From NCBI GenBank assembly GCA_964234715.1, contig OZ174275.1: a stretch of DNA of 64,000 bases; one strand, given 5' to 3'. A program made the position numbers and the translations under genes. Source of the stretch: Podarcis melisellensis (Eukaryota). Shown here in pieces: positions 12,386 through 25,660 of this stretch (its first letter is position 1; every line of letters begins with the position of its first letter). The notes under the pieces are model-generated. The model worked only from the letters and a program-made list of their open reading frames with translations, was not told where the DNA came from and did no database searches.

Positions 12386-13122
12386 CAGGGCCAATTTAGA
12401 TGAAGAGAGGCCCTAGGCTATTCCACTTGTGAAGCCCCACCCTCACAACTAGAAGAAAATGGAAGAATGTTATAAGCAAAATTAAGTGAAGCCAAGGATG
12501 ATGACGGTACAGTGGTACCTCTGGTTATGAACTTAATTTGTTCCAGAGGTCTGTTATTAACCTGAAACCATTCTTAACCTGAGGTACCACTTTAGCTGCC
12601 ACCACTGCGCTGCCACCGCCCAATTTCTGTTCTTATCCTGGGGCAAAGTTCTTAACCCAAGGTACTACTTCCAGGTTAGCGGAGTCTGTTATCTGAAGTG
12701 TTTGTATCCCGAGGTTTTTGTAACACGAGGTATCACTGTATTTAAAATTCTGCAATTCACAATTTCTCCTCTAAAGGACATAAGATATTATTGTTAAATA
12801 CCATGGTGATTTTTTAAAATGCATAAAATTAACACCGAAAAACTTTTGCAGTAACTGAACTTTGTAAACCTTTTGTGGAATAAGCTTTTTTTTTTTTTTT
12901 TAGGAAAATGAAGTTGTAATGTTATTCTTAAAAAAACAACAGGCAAAAGCCTGGCTAGGATGGTCGTCTGCTTATATACCTGCTGGGATTGACAAGGCAT
13001 CTAACCCTCACCTGAATCTCATAACTCTCCTGACAGATGATTTGGTTTGCAGCAACAGTGTGGAATTAAAGGATGAGATTGCCCACCAGATACCAGGCAC
13101 TCTACTATTCAAATTAGGCCCT
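12386..13122. mobile_element. hAT-like non-autonomous element hosting a MITE
   Basis: Left end CAGGGCCAATTTAG...GAGGCCCTAGGC; possible right end AAATTAGGCCCT at about 13111-13122. No clean TSD. Confidence 0.35.
12510..12738. mobile_element. Tc1/mariner (Tigger-like) MITE
   Basis: TA|CAGTGGTACCTC...GAGGTATCACTG|TA. Confidence 0.88.
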
Positions 13123-13546
13123 AGTGTTTTTCTTACAATCCCCTTCTCAATGAATTAATCAATTTTCATATTTCTAGAATTTAAATTCTTAAAACTTTTT
13201 TATTTGTTAATTCGAGCAAGTAAACTACTGCTCTTGCTTCATTACAAACAGTATTTCTACCTGCAACACACTTGAGCAAATCTGCTCCTCTTCCTTTCAC
13301 AGATATTTTGTTGCCATTTGCAACTATAGCTGCCTCTGATTAGTTATCATTTAACTCTTTGGGGAAATAATTAGCATCACATGTCATGCGCATGGAAGTT
13401 GCTGAAACAATTAACCAACTAGAAGGATTACTGTTAATAGCACCAGTTTTCCTACAACTTGATATTGCTGGATAATTTTGAGAAACTGCCAACTGCCAGA
13501 AGGGATACAATTTACGAGCTTTCTCCATTATCTGCACAACAGGGGG

Positions 13547-13893
13547 TGTTCAGTCAACAGTGCAAAGGCTGAGCTGAAGCATTCCCTGCTGGTTACCTGC
13601 TTTCAGCAATAGGGGTCGCTGTTTGGTAGTACCCAATTGGTTAGCTGTCAGATTCTAGAGCTCTCTATTGGTGGCTCTTAGGTAATTCACAAAATACAAA
13701 GTCCATTCGTAAAACACAGTGTTCATTCATAAAGCAGTAACATCAATCACTATTGCTAAATATTGGGTGTATATTTCAGCTGTTGAACGTACAGGTTTAT
13801 GGCCATGCTGTAGTGTAGTGCTTATGCAACTGTGAATAAAAGGTTGCTCGGATCATTGTCTCAGGGTTTTGTTGAGGGGAGGGAGAGGTGACA
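13547..13893 (+). mobile_element. Possible solo LTR relic
   Basis: TG...ACA ends, CCAAT/ATTGG boxes, TATA-like motif and AATAAA followed by GT-rich sequence. No TSD found. Confidence 0.3.
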
Positions 13894-14018
13894 AGACTGA
13901 TTTCCAATAAGTGCCCCCCTTTATTTCCATAACAAGTCCTTGTGTCTGTACTCTGAATAGTGACACCAGGGACCTAGAAGGTGCAGGGCTTGTCAGTCCA
14001 ACTCCTGCACAGTCTCAT

Positions 14019-14227
14019 CAGGGCTGACCTTAAGGCAATTGGAGCAGTTGGGCCAAATTGGGCCCCACAGGCCACTCCTAAGGCTCCCCCCGGCACCAGG
14101 ACAATCTAGATGGATTTTATTTATATCTATAAGTTTTTGCAAACTTTGGCTGTGAACTGGGGCCCTACCAAAAAAAAAATCAAGTTGCGCCCCACTGCTT
14201 CAAATTGGGCCCCACTGGCTAGCCCTG
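14019..14227. mobile_element. Non-autonomous hAT element with perfect 8-bp TSD
   Basis: TIR CAGGGCT/AGCCCTG; TSD AGTCTCAT at 14011-14018 and 14228-14235. Confidence 0.85.
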
Positions 14228-14264
14228 AGTCTCATAGTTTCTGGGCCTGAGTTACCCTACCCTG

Positions 14265-14462
14265 TGGCACTGGGGAGCGGGCAGGCTGGCGGGGCCCCCT
14301 AGATTTAGAGGCCCGAGTTGTCCTGCCCTTGCATGAAGATTTGGGTTTGCAATTTTGGGTGCGGGGAGGTTGCCTGTTGGGGAGCGGGCAGGCTGGTGAG
14401 GCCCCCTTGATTTAGAGGCCCTAGGCTTCAGCCTTCTTAGCCTATACATAAATCTGGTACTG
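14265..14462. mobile_element. hAT element right end with internal ~45-bp direct repeat
   Basis: TGGGGAGCGGGCAGGCTGG..GGCCCCC..GATTTAGAGGCCC occurs twice; ends TAGCCTATACATAAATCTGGTACTG. Confidence 0.6.
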
Positions 14463-14585
14463 CTCTCAGGGTTGTTTTGGGAGTAAAATGGAGAGGGGGA
14501 GCAGTGTGTGTGCCGCATTGCGCTTCTTGGAGAAAAGGTGGGATACAAATGTAATAAAAATGAAATAAATTAAACAAATAAACAG
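14463..14585 (+). mobile_element. CORE-type SINE 3' part with (TAAA)-like tail
   Basis: CAGGGTTGTT...TAAAATGGAGAGGGGGAG...AAAAGGTGGGATACAAATGTAATAA. Confidence 0.55.
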
Positions 14586-16649
14586 CCATGTCAATGTCCT
14601 CACCATAATTGTCAACTCTTGTTGGAAACATGGTTGTCAGTAGCCACAATGCAGTGCCCCCCACATCAATGCTGGGAAGGCACGAACAAGCCCCCTTCTC
14701 CCTGTTAGCTGCAAAAGCTTGCGCATAGTTTTCAGACAGATGAATATGGTATGTTGAAAGTAGAATCTGATGACATTTTACTCCAGCCTTGCTGATTTAA
14801 TCTGCAGAGATTGTTATCCATGGACAAATGATAAGAGTATCTCATAAAATAAAAATAGCTCATGGCTGTCAGAAAAGAAAGGGGAGGGAGGAAAGCCCTC
14901 CAAAAATCCCCTACTCTAAGTGCTGGGTAAAAAAAATCATTGCATGCATCCATCTTGCTGTCTTTCTCCAAATGTCAAAGGCAAAGACAGCCAAGTTGGT
15001 TAACCTGTAATTAAAAGCAGCATATATATTTATAATCATCTCTTTCTATGATAAAATTAAGATATCTAATGTCTGCACAAATCAGAACAGAAACTCATAA
15101 TTTTATCTCTGGCTTTATCTTGTCACAAGTTATTTACTGCTTCTTCTTCCTCGAACAGCACACCTGCACATACCCTGAATTTCCCTAGATAGGAAAGAGA
15201 CAGCATCGGGGCACTCCACTCTTAAATTAAGGCATTAAGAGCTTGATGCTTCAGTTCTGACATACTTGAGGAGTCGCTTGATTGGCATGAACAAAGTTTG
15301 TTAGATCAGCCTGTAGTATGCACCTGTACATTAGCCCTCTATAAAGAAAACAATGGATTCTTTTTAGCAGGATGTCATTTGTGCAGTTGGAACTGGTTTG
15401 CCACTGGGATAAGGGCTTATTCATGCAAGTTTTGTGTGTGGAAAAAACTAATATTTTTAGTTAACATGCACTGAATTTAAAAACATAACAGATTTGTGCA
15501 TATTTAACAAACCTTTCAAAATTCTGATGGTCTCTCAACATTCTGGTGATCCTTGATCTTAATGTATTAGAGCACTGATAAAACCAATACAGTACATCAA
15601 CTCAAGTTGTTTTAAGGGATGTGCTGAGTTTCCACTCCTGAAAATTTAAGATGATAAAAAGAGTGTTGTAAGGGAGAAGCAGTGAATTTTCTACAAGCTG
15701 CATGGCTTATCTTTTTGGCTTTCTGATTGTGCCTATTCACACCAGCTTCTTCCTTGCAATCTGCAGCCACTGCATAATTCTGATACATGAAAAGAAGAAA
15801 CATTTGGCTATGTGATGATGTCAAAAACTGAAATTAGGCATTTCCCACACTCTGAATTGGCTACTTGATAATGCCAAACAGAAAAGGACATGAAGTCAAG
15901 TTGGAGTGAAGCAATACTTTCTGCTCTCACTAGGCAAACATTTTTGTCAGATGACATAAATGCTGTGTGGTATTATTGCTTCTCTACTACCACAAATCCA
16001 TTTCTAGATGGATTTCTACACCTGTAGCCCCCCCCATTTCTACCCCTGTAGCCTTCTTGTGGGAGAAGATACACCTTTTTATATTTGTATACATTTAAAA
16101 TGGTTATTTGCTACCCCAACAGTTCCAGGAAGGCAATATTTCTACAAAATATGTTGAAAGGAAGACTGCACGGCCTCCAAATATTTTTTTCAGCAAACAA
16201 AGAAAGATAATGGGGAGGTTTAAAAAGGAATATGAGTTTCTGTGGGAAAAAAATGTTTGTCCCTTGCCATTTTGTTTTTACAATGCTCTTGGATTTCCAT
16301 AGTATGTTATGAGAGTAGAAAGCTTTTAAATAAATTTTTCACCTCATGAGAATTGGAGGGAATTCACATTGCTGTTGATGATATCATAGCACTACTCATT
16401 AGCTGCTCATGACACCAACATAAAGCGTAGCCCAAACAGTCTTCAATAAGTGATTTTGTTTGAGGAAAATTATATTTTCCTGATGATAAAATATTATGTT
16501 CTGAGGAGCAACTAGGAAAGTGTGATTTCCTGGCAACAGGAGCACTTCCTTGAAGACAAGCACCATAGCTGTACATTTATTGAGTAGAAAACCTAATGGG
16601 TCTGGAAGACTCTCTTTTGGAAGATTGCCTTTCACCAGCTGGACCAAGT

Positions 16650-16920
16650 CATCTCAAAAAGCATATATACTTAGTTTGGAGAAAACAGGAATGTCGGCAT
16701 GGAAAATGGACAACAAATGGTGTAGTGAACGTTGGACTATGGTTGTAATGGAGATTTAATACAATTGGATTAACAGAGAAGATGCAGGAGGAAAAAAGTT
16801 AACATAAGGACCCACAAAGGGGAGAAAGGAAGTCCATGGGAATTTATGGAATTCTCTTTTGTTTTTGTTGTTTGACGACTCTTTGTAAATTTCAAAATTT
16901 GGAAAATTTTGGATTTATTT
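16650..16920 (+). mobile_element. L1-like 3' UTR relic
   Basis: Purine-rich AAGGGGAGAAAGGAAGTC followed by a T-rich tract typical of squamate L1 3' ends. Confidence 0.35.
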
Positions 16921-18559
16921 TTTAAGGGTGCTACAGATCTGCACAGTTTTCATAGGTGGGTTTGAAGATCTGGTCCAAGAAAGAAAGCCTTACCCTATGA
17001 ATGTCCCACCAAATCGGAACTTAACTAGTTAGCATCAGAAAGAAACGCCAGAGAATCACCTCATGCATGCTTTGAAGTTGCTATTAGCTCACAAATGGTA
17101 ATCTGCCAATCCATTATTAAGCAAGATACCTGTTTAAACTTGTATGTTGCTGGTGAGAACCTCAAGCCTGGCCAAATATGCCCTGGAAGTCTCTCTGCCT
17201 GGCCCTTGGAACATTCCTCAAACTACACCTGCCTCCCCCCCCCCAGCCACACTCTTCTCCCCTGAAAATGCCCCTCATGACTCCTGTTCCTCACTTTCCT
17301 TTGGTAAAAAGGTTCCCCGCTCTGGTATGTGCTTCACCTGTATAGATATACTAACCTTTGTAAAGCTGATTGAGTTTTGTTCTTCTACACTTTTAATACA
17401 GCAGTGTCCAAGCCACAATAATAACTGTGTGTTGGGGTTTTTATTCCATGGGCACAGCAGAGAAATGTAGACATGCAAGTAATGGCAGTGGGAAATATCA
17501 AGCTGTTACACAGTGTGATGGGCTAAGGTGATACTGGTTAAAGAAATATATGGCTGACCTCATCCTGATGGAATTGGGTAGATTAGAACAATCCATCTGC
17601 TCAATGAAATATGGAAATGTATCATCTTGTCTTATGGTCACAGGATAAAATATCCACATTGCTCCAAAGTTTGGACCCTTTGCAAGAACAGAAGTTGTTA
17701 TAAGAAGGTGTGACACTAATCAAAATAAAAAATCCATGTTCAATTAGAAAGCATCTTGAGGTATTCTGTTCTAAATTTGTGTGTGGATACCTTAGCTGTG
17801 GAGCAGAACAGACAGTGACACAGTATGGGAAATACCAGTGTATCAACAGGCTTACAGTTGGTGATCATAAACTTCAGGATGGAATTTAGGCCTGATTTAT
17901 AGCCCTTGAAAACACACTGATATTTGTCTATCTATTCTTCACGTTCAGTTGGCGCTCCGTATATGCCAGTTCTTTTGGTCTTCATGTGAAATACCTTGGG
18001 GTGATTTCTGTTGTTCATTCCCCCTCCCTATATGATTATAACCAGATGGTGAAATATTATTTTTCTTAGGTTAAAGGTACTCAAAGGCAGCAGTTCATAC
18101 TGACTCAATCTGAGGCTGATGAAGTGGTTTGTATCTTTGGAGACATCTAGATTGAATTATCACAGCACATTATTTTATGTGGTCTCTTGGATCAAATTCC
18201 TTGGATAGTATTAAACTGCCTAACAACCAACACACTGCAGGCAAGCTCTGTAGCTGACCTAGATCCCCTTCAAATTACAACCACTGGCATTACCCTTAAA
18301 ACATATTTTGAAACTTCAGTGGCTTGGATGCAGTTGCTATCTTGAACTAATCTTCTCCAGCCAACAATATAAGCAGAGCAAAAAGGGCAGGTCTTTTGGT
18401 TCCCATACATTCCCTGTAGTGAAATTGGGTTGCATTCAACTAACTTTCATTCAGACTAGCTTCTGCCATTGAAATGAATGGGGAAGGTTGTGAGTGCAAG
18501 AGCTCTATAGGCATATGAGGCATTTATTTATTACTATCAAGTAGTATTTAAATGTTATG

Positions 18560-18572
18560 AAATAAATAAATA

Positions 18573-18617
<45 letters not shown>
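18560..18617. repeat. (AAAT)n-(AAT)n microsatellite
   Basis: Directly visible. Confidence 0.95.
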
Positions 18618-18619
<2 letters not shown>

Positions 18620-20470
18620 ATATCTGAGTATATGTCAATCTCTGAATGGGAGCAACTGGGAATTAGAAAGTACACACGGTTCCTCTGGTTAGTTTTGCTT
18701 ATTTGTTTTCTGTATTTGTCTCAAGGTAGTTCCTAAGGTGTTAAAAACAAGCTATTATACTGTAAACCATAAAATAATGGAAACGTTGGGTGATAGCCAA
18801 CCACCTTTCCTATTCAGAGTAGAAATCAATGGGCTGCATTAAATTCGGTGGATCTGCTCTGGGTATGACTAACATGAGATGTAGCCCATCTAAAACACAA
18901 CACTTCTAGAAATCATTACAGTAACAAATACCACCAATTATCAGAAGGGTCTAAAATAACACAAGTGTGAAAGCAAGCAACAGAAACAGCACATTGAAAG
19001 ACCAGCTGAAGAAAAGTACTGACATAAATATAAGTAAGTTAGGACTGATGATGATATTTTCTTAAAAGCCCATTTAAAAGTTAGAGAAGGCAAAGACACC
19101 CTTGTAAAAGTCAGTGTGTAAGGTGGTTAATTTTAAAACAGAGGCCATACAATTATAAATACAGTTGCCATGACTAGCTCCACGCAACCCAGTGCAGTCC
19201 TCTGTGCTTCTGAAGCCTTTGGACCTCATTCCTCACAATAGCCCCAGCACTCAAATCTGACCTGCCCTTGGCTTCTGTATCTTTCATGAGGAAATCACGC
19301 TGGGTTCCAAATCAACAGATGTCCAAGCGAAAATTTGAATCTGATTTTGCAGACAAGTCTCCAAAACACATGTCACATTTTGAAGCGGCAGATAGATCTC
19401 TTAAAATAAAAAAAGGAGAAGGGATGTAGCCCATCTCATGTACAAATGCATTTCCAAGGTAATGACTGGGATGCATAAGAATGTTTGCACATGCCATGCA
19501 CTTCCCCCCAATCTTTTCATTGGAGTTGTACAGCAATTTTGTGCCGGTTCCTTATTGCCAGACCACTTTTTGGCACTGGAGGGAGTTTGAAAATTGGCTT
19601 GTGGTTTGGCTTTGGGAGCTGCTGCAGCAAAAACAGATATTAAAAAAGCCAAAGTGTGCACACCCTATCTGATTTGCCTGTTCAGCTGGCTCCTCTAGAA
19701 TGTGACTGCTAGGTGTAATCCAATATAAAAGTTATGCATTTTAGAGCCTTGCAGGTAGCTATGGGGCTGGATCACACAACCAACAGTTGTCCATTTTATT
19801 TAGTCATTTTATTATTCTCAAAACAAGACCTTCCCAAAGATAACATTCTGTTATTTTTCAGTCAACAGCTATGTGCTCAACCTTTCTGTATTAAAAAAAA
19901 ACAGCATTCAGTGTGCAAAATTCACAGATGCCCTCTTCAACTGATTCTATTCATACATGGCACTCATTACAGGTTTTTGAAGGTTTGTTTTTTTTCCTAT
20001 TAAATATCAGAAACAGCTTTGCTTCAATGTGGGGAAATGAGACACTCAACGCTACCAGATTTAATATTCATCTTGTAGCCCATTGGCTGTGGTCCTTGTC
20101 CATGATAGATTGTTTTGCCAGAAATGAAATATCATAATGAATTAGTGTTGAAAAAGTGTGAAGTCCTCCTTCTCACCAACAAGACCAAATAGCATGACAC
20201 AGTATTTGGGACATTTAAAGGAACTAAAGGAAATGAAATTCCTCAATGACTTCTGAACACCAGCCACAAATATTGCATACTCAAATGAAAACAATTTTCT
20301 AAGATCAGCTATGGAAAATATTTGGATCCTATTTAGACACTAAAATTGTACATCATAATATGCATATTCATCCATTTTTATTATATTAGTTGATTATAAG
20401 TGTCTTTCCTTAGAGAACTGGCTACAGTCTAAATTACCCATGCAAGAGACATTTATTTGGCTTCAAGAAT

Positions 20471-20912
20471 ACAGATGAGTGAATCTGCCAATAATGGTTC
20501 CTTTGCGTTTTCCGTTTTTCCATTTTTAAGTTCAGTTCTCCATATTTCCATATCAGTTTGGCGGTGGTGGTTATTGTTTTTTATTTAAAAAAACCTTCTT
20601 GAAAGTTTACAACCATTTTAGTGCAAATTTCTCAGACATTTTGTATAAAAGTTCACTTACTATACACATTTTTGCAAAACTATTTCCCCTAAAAGAATGC
20701 ATTTCTTATTTTTTCTATATGCAAACATAGTCATACTTTACACTAGCATATGCATTTTCCTACATATTATACTCATTGAACTGCACTGCAAAATTTAGAG
20801 ATGTGCAAATGTGGAACAATGGTTGTGTTTCGGTTGGCATCTTGTTTGGGGAAGCACAAATTAGGTAAATTCACCTTTAAATGAGGACTGAATTGAATCC
20901 TCCCCCATCCCC
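20471..20912. mobile_element. Old AT-rich non-autonomous DNA element (hAT-Ac-like ...CATCCC terminus)
   Basis: Shares ATGCATTTT-rich interior and AAATTCACCTTTAAATG..AATTGAATC end with 33577, 49808 (inverted) and 54573. Confidence 0.5.
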
Positions 20913-21504
20913 AATTTAAGAGGCACTTCATTTGAAAACTTAAAATAGTTTGCAAACACTAATTAAAGCAGGGAACACCTTATGGTGTGATGACAGCTAT
21001 CATAGTTAAAACTGGTGTAGCCTGCCTGGAGCCCAAAAACAAATTATATGCAGATATCGCTAACATCTGCTTTGATGCTAAAAACAATACTGTGCACAAC
21101 ACACTAAGCATTGTTCTTGTCTAAGCTATTTTAAAATGTTTGGAGGTGCCTCAAAGCACTGGCTAAATGAGTTGCTCACAGCAGTAGCAGATAGCATGGT
21201 GGCCTTCCTCTGGCTGGGTTTCTGCTGCACACTGGGATGGAGAGAGAGGATGGTGTGATGTGGCAGCAAGAACAGCATTAGTTGAACCAATCCAGAACTC
21301 CTGCTGGTGCAACTGTACTGTGCCCCCCTTCCCTCCACCTTGCCCCTTGTTTCTTGGTAGATCAGCCCCAAAGTCCAGTCTGCTGTTGGATCACAGTTTT
21401 CTTTTCTTTTTCAAAATTATTTTAAATTTTATTTTGACAATGTAATAATCATAAAAAAGAATAAAAATCTGCACCCCACCACTGAGACCATTCCATTGTA
21501 ACTA

Positions 21505-21846
21505 TAAAGGTAACGGGACCCCTGACCATTAGGTCCAGTCATGACCGACTCTGGGGTTGCAGTGTTCATCTCGCTTTATTGGCCAAGGGAGCCGGCGTAC
21601 AGCTTCCAGTCATGTGGCCAGCATGACTAAGCCGCTTCTGGCGAACCAGAGCAGTGCATGGAAATGCCGTTTAGCTTCCCGCCAGAGCAGTACCTATTTA
21701 TCTACTTGCACTTTGACGTGCTTTCGAACTGCTAGGTTGGCAGGAGCAGGGACCGAGCAACGGGAGATTACCCCGTCGCGGGGATTCGAACCGCTGACCT
21801 TCTGATTGGCAAGTCCTAGGCTCTGTGGTTTAACCCACAGTGCCAC
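21505..21846 (-). mobile_element. Sauria SINE (same subfamily as 6276 and 9166)
   Basis: Collinear with the 6276-6631 copy; a few 5' bases missing. Confidence 0.92.
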
Positions 21847-21980
21847 ATACAACCTCCCAAAATTTCGACACCTCTTGCAATGGTTTGACCCCTTTCTGTT
21901 TTAACAGTACAAAATTCTACCAACGCCCTGCATATCTCCTCAAAATCATTTCTCCTGCATATTCCCCGTCTTACCTTAAT

Positions 21981-22314
21981 AAAAGGTAAAGGTAAAGGTA
22001 CCCCTGCCCGTACGGGCCAGTCGTGTCCGACTCTAGGGTTGTGTGCTCATCTCGCTCTAGAGGCCGTGAACAAGTGCTGTCCGAAGACACTTCCGGGTCA
22101 TGTGGCCAGCGTGACGAAGCTGCAGCTGGCGAGCCAGCACCAGTGCAGCACATAGAAACGCCGTTTACCTTCCCGCTATAAAGCGGTCCCTATTTATCTA
22201 CTAGCACTTAAGAGTGCTTTCGAACTGCTAGGTGGGCAGGAGCTGGGACCGAACGACGGGAGCTCACCCCGCCGCGGGGATTCGAACTGCCGACCATACG
22301 ATCGGCAAGTCCTA
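21981..22314 (-). mobile_element. Sauria SINE, distinct CpG-rich subfamily, 5'-truncated
   Basis: (AAAGGT)3 tail and B box present. Diagnostic GTACCCCTGCCCGTACGGGCCAG and CGTGACGAAGCTGCAGCTGGCGAGCC differ from the other copies. Confidence 0.9.
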
Positions 22315-25052
22315 AAGGTTAATCATTAATAGTTATAGCCCACACCTCTTTATACCATTCTTCCATTTTATATTCTGCTTGCCCCTTCCACTTTCTAGCT
22401 ATAATAATTTGTGCAGCTGTCAATAATTTTGTGAGCAAGTCCTTCATAGCCTGTGAACGTTCCACCCCATCGTATATTTATAATAATGGTACCTCTGGAA
22501 TTTTGGTCAGCTTTAACACAGTGATTTCTGTTATCTTCTTGAACACACTTTGCCAATAAATAAATAAACAAATGTACATCTTTAAACCCCCACCACATGT
22601 GAACATAATTCCGTGGCATCCCCTCCAACATAATGCTGAATATTCCTTGTTTATTAGATTTAATCTGACTGGTGTTAAATACCATCTCTAAACTAATTTA
22701 TAATAATTTTCTTTTATTATAGACAACATTTTCAACATACGATTCTCCCATATTTTCCTCCAGCTTTGACTATCTATCTGCCCTTTTGTCTCCTTTCCCC
22801 ACACCACTTTTAATTGATCTTCTTGACCCTCCATTTCTACTAATGTTTTATAAATTTCACAATGATGGAACTGAACGACTTTGTTATAATGGATTTGTGA
22901 AAGTGGTTTCCCATCAGCTTTAGTTCATGATCAATAATCTCCTTCAGTAGCCAGAGCCCATCCTCTAACATTTACCTGCTGCCATTGCAGAGTTCATCAA
23001 AGGGATAGGAGGCAGCACTGAAGTTCCCCTCTGTCGTGCCTACATACCAGCTGCCATTGTTGAGGCTGACAGAGGGAGAAGAAGCGACTCCTCCCTTGTG
23101 CTCACTCACATCCACGTCTTGCTGGATTCACTGCCTGTCATGCAGATATGAAGGGCTTTGGACAACAGGTAGTCAAGTCAGTCTAATCACATCTAAAAGG
23201 CTCCAATTTTAAAAATCTTTCCCAAAAGCAGAAAAAACATTTCCATGGACTGAGGGCTTAGAGCATCAAAGCCAGGAGTTGGATTTGAGGTGGCATGGAG
23301 GAAGGCATAAGGCCCAAGGATAATTTTGGTGGATGGGCAAAGAATGGATCACAGGTGGATGGGTAAAACAACGATCACTGTGGATCTGGAAACACTGCAA
23401 GAACTGGAAATCATTTGAAAGCACAGTGTTCCTGGAAAATGTTTGTGTGTTTCTTCTGTATATGCAGCTAATTGTCTTTTATAAGCCACTTGGGAGAGGT
23501 TAGCCCTGCAAGTCAGCACAAAACTATGTCACATAAATAAATAAATTTTCTGACCTTGTTTAGAATTGAACTGACAGTTTTAAGAAGAGATGAGCCCACA
23601 TTAATGCAATTAATGATCAAAGTTCTGTTTTAAGACTTCCACGATGACTTTATTTGGGAGATTTATACCTTTTCATCAAAAGCAAAAGATCATAGTCTCT
23701 GGCAACTGCCTGCCTGCTAATAAATACAAGCCTGTTCTAATATGTTTCCCTATTCCTTTGTGGCATTGCAGAAATCTTGATCCAGTTTGGAACCGCACAT
23801 ACAGCCATCAACCTTCAACTCAACTGCACAGTTTTCTCTAACGATGCAGCATCTTGAGAAGAAGATTCTTCATCACAGAATCTCCCGCAGAGCTTTTAAA
23901 GGCAACTTGGCTTAGCTTGACTATTGCGTGCTAAGTGTTTTTCATTAATTTTATTACCACCCTGCTAATGAAGACAGATGTCAGGTGGCAACTAGTTTAT
24001 CCAGATAGTATAAGATGTTATTTGACTACCCAATTTATTAGTGATGGTGATTCATTGCCATGACAATAGAGAAAAACAGATGACTTGGAATTTATGATGA
24101 GGCAATTCTGCATCTCAGCCTTTTAATGAATCACTATTTTCCCACCCTCCCATGACCTAATTTTCAAAATGGTGTACATATATTAAATGATTTGATGAGG
24201 ATGATGTCTATTAATCTTCTAATTTCCCTCCCAGTTTCTTCTAGGAAAGCATCAGTTGCTGAAGGGAGAATATCAGACGCAGGTGGGACCTTGAAGTCCA
24301 GAAGGACATTCAATGAGAAGGTTGTTTATGTATGCCTAAATTTGAATTACTTTGATGGGTTTTTTAAAAAAGGAAATAGAACTGTGGCAATCATATATGC
24401 ACACTAATACTTTCTGTTACTATATGTATAGCTCATGTTTAGGTATGGTTAGGTGCAGGGCAATCCTATACATATCTCCCACTCTGGAAGCCCAATACTT
24501 TGTTGGGCAAAGTGCCATTTGGGCTCAATTTGAGGAAGATAAATCCATTGTACTGGCACTGGGTGCTGGCTATTCTGATCAATAACAGAAGAAAAAGGAG
24601 GAGCAGGAACAGGAAAGGGAGGAAGGAAGTTGTATGCACCAGAGCTGGAGAAGATAAAGGGGGCGGGAAATTCAGTGCTCTTTTAGTTGTTCTGCCTGTG
24701 CAAGCATTTGAGCTTCCAGATGGACCGGTAACCCCTCTGCTTCTCCCATGTGCTATTCTGGGGGTTTTTCTTGGTCCCTCAAGAGCCATTGGGGGAGGTG
24801 GAGGGTGCACATGGCAGCAGTGGAGGGATGAAAGCCCTATTTAGCAATCTTTGTGCAGTGCTTCTACTGGTTGGAATTCCACCCTGTGTTCCTTAAAAAA
24901 TTGAGATATCCTATTTCTTTGCCAGTGCCTAACTACCCACCCCAAGTTCAGCATACATTGAGTCCAGAAACCTGAATGTAAACCCCACCTCTCCCAAGGT
25001 GGCCTTGAATGTCTTTCTCATCATCTCCCCATCTGTAAAATGGCCATACAGT

Positions 25053-25201
25053 CAGGGCTTTTTTTCCAGCCGGAACTCACTGGCACCTCTCAGATGGGCT
25101 CCATCGCCATTATAAGAGAACAAGGGAGGTATTCATAGTGAGTTCAGGAACCTATTTTTCTAGAAAAACAACACTGTATTTTTTCTAGAAAAATAGCACT
25201 G
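25053..25201. mobile_element. hAT-type MITE with duplicated right terminus, inserted in a MIR-like relic
   Basis: CAGGGCTTTTTTT...AAAAATAGCACTG; near-TSD CATACAGT/TTTACAGT; the TTTTCTAGAAAAA..CACTG block occurs twice. Confidence 0.7.
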
Positions 25202-25487
25202 TTTACAGTTATTGTGATGAAGAATCCAACCAAGTACAAACAGCCAAATTAAAACAGGCAGTGTTTACTTTACACATCATGACAATAACAAAAATACTAT
25301 AAGCCCTTCGTTTCTAGTCACAATGATACAATACTAATATACTGCTCCATTTTTTAAAAGACAAAGTTTCTGTTGCATAGATACAGGTCTCTCCTGCTTC
25401 TAAAGACCACACATATTTTTGGCATTTCTGCAGCGACCTTTTCCTTTTAGATTAGGTGAACAAATTAAATGCTGCTTTCAAAAAAGG

Positions 25488-25660
25488 AGTTTGCCCCATT
25501 GATTTGTATAATAGAATCATATTTTCTGCACTATATCCATTCCCCTCTTCATGTAGCCTAACATCTAATTTAGACTCTTGACTGCCTTTCTCTATTGAAT
25601 TTGAAGAGATGTCTTCATTGAACTGCCCATCCACAATGACACTAAGATCAGAGAAGTTTA
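25488..25660 (-). mobile_element. CR1 LINE RT C-terminal fragment (old)
   Basis: SDLSVIVDG...MILLYKSMGQTP resembles CR1 KDLGVIVD...IMPLYKSMVRPH. Confidence 0.6.

Larger units (their letters stand above)
21400..22860 (-). mobile_element. L1 LINE ORF2 C-terminus and 3' UTR, interrupted by two Sauria SINEs
   Basis: Minus strand at about 22580-22690 reads RWYLTPVRLNLINKEYSALCWRGC...YVHMWW, the L1 CCHC knuckle; T-rich tail at about 21400. Confidence 0.8.
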
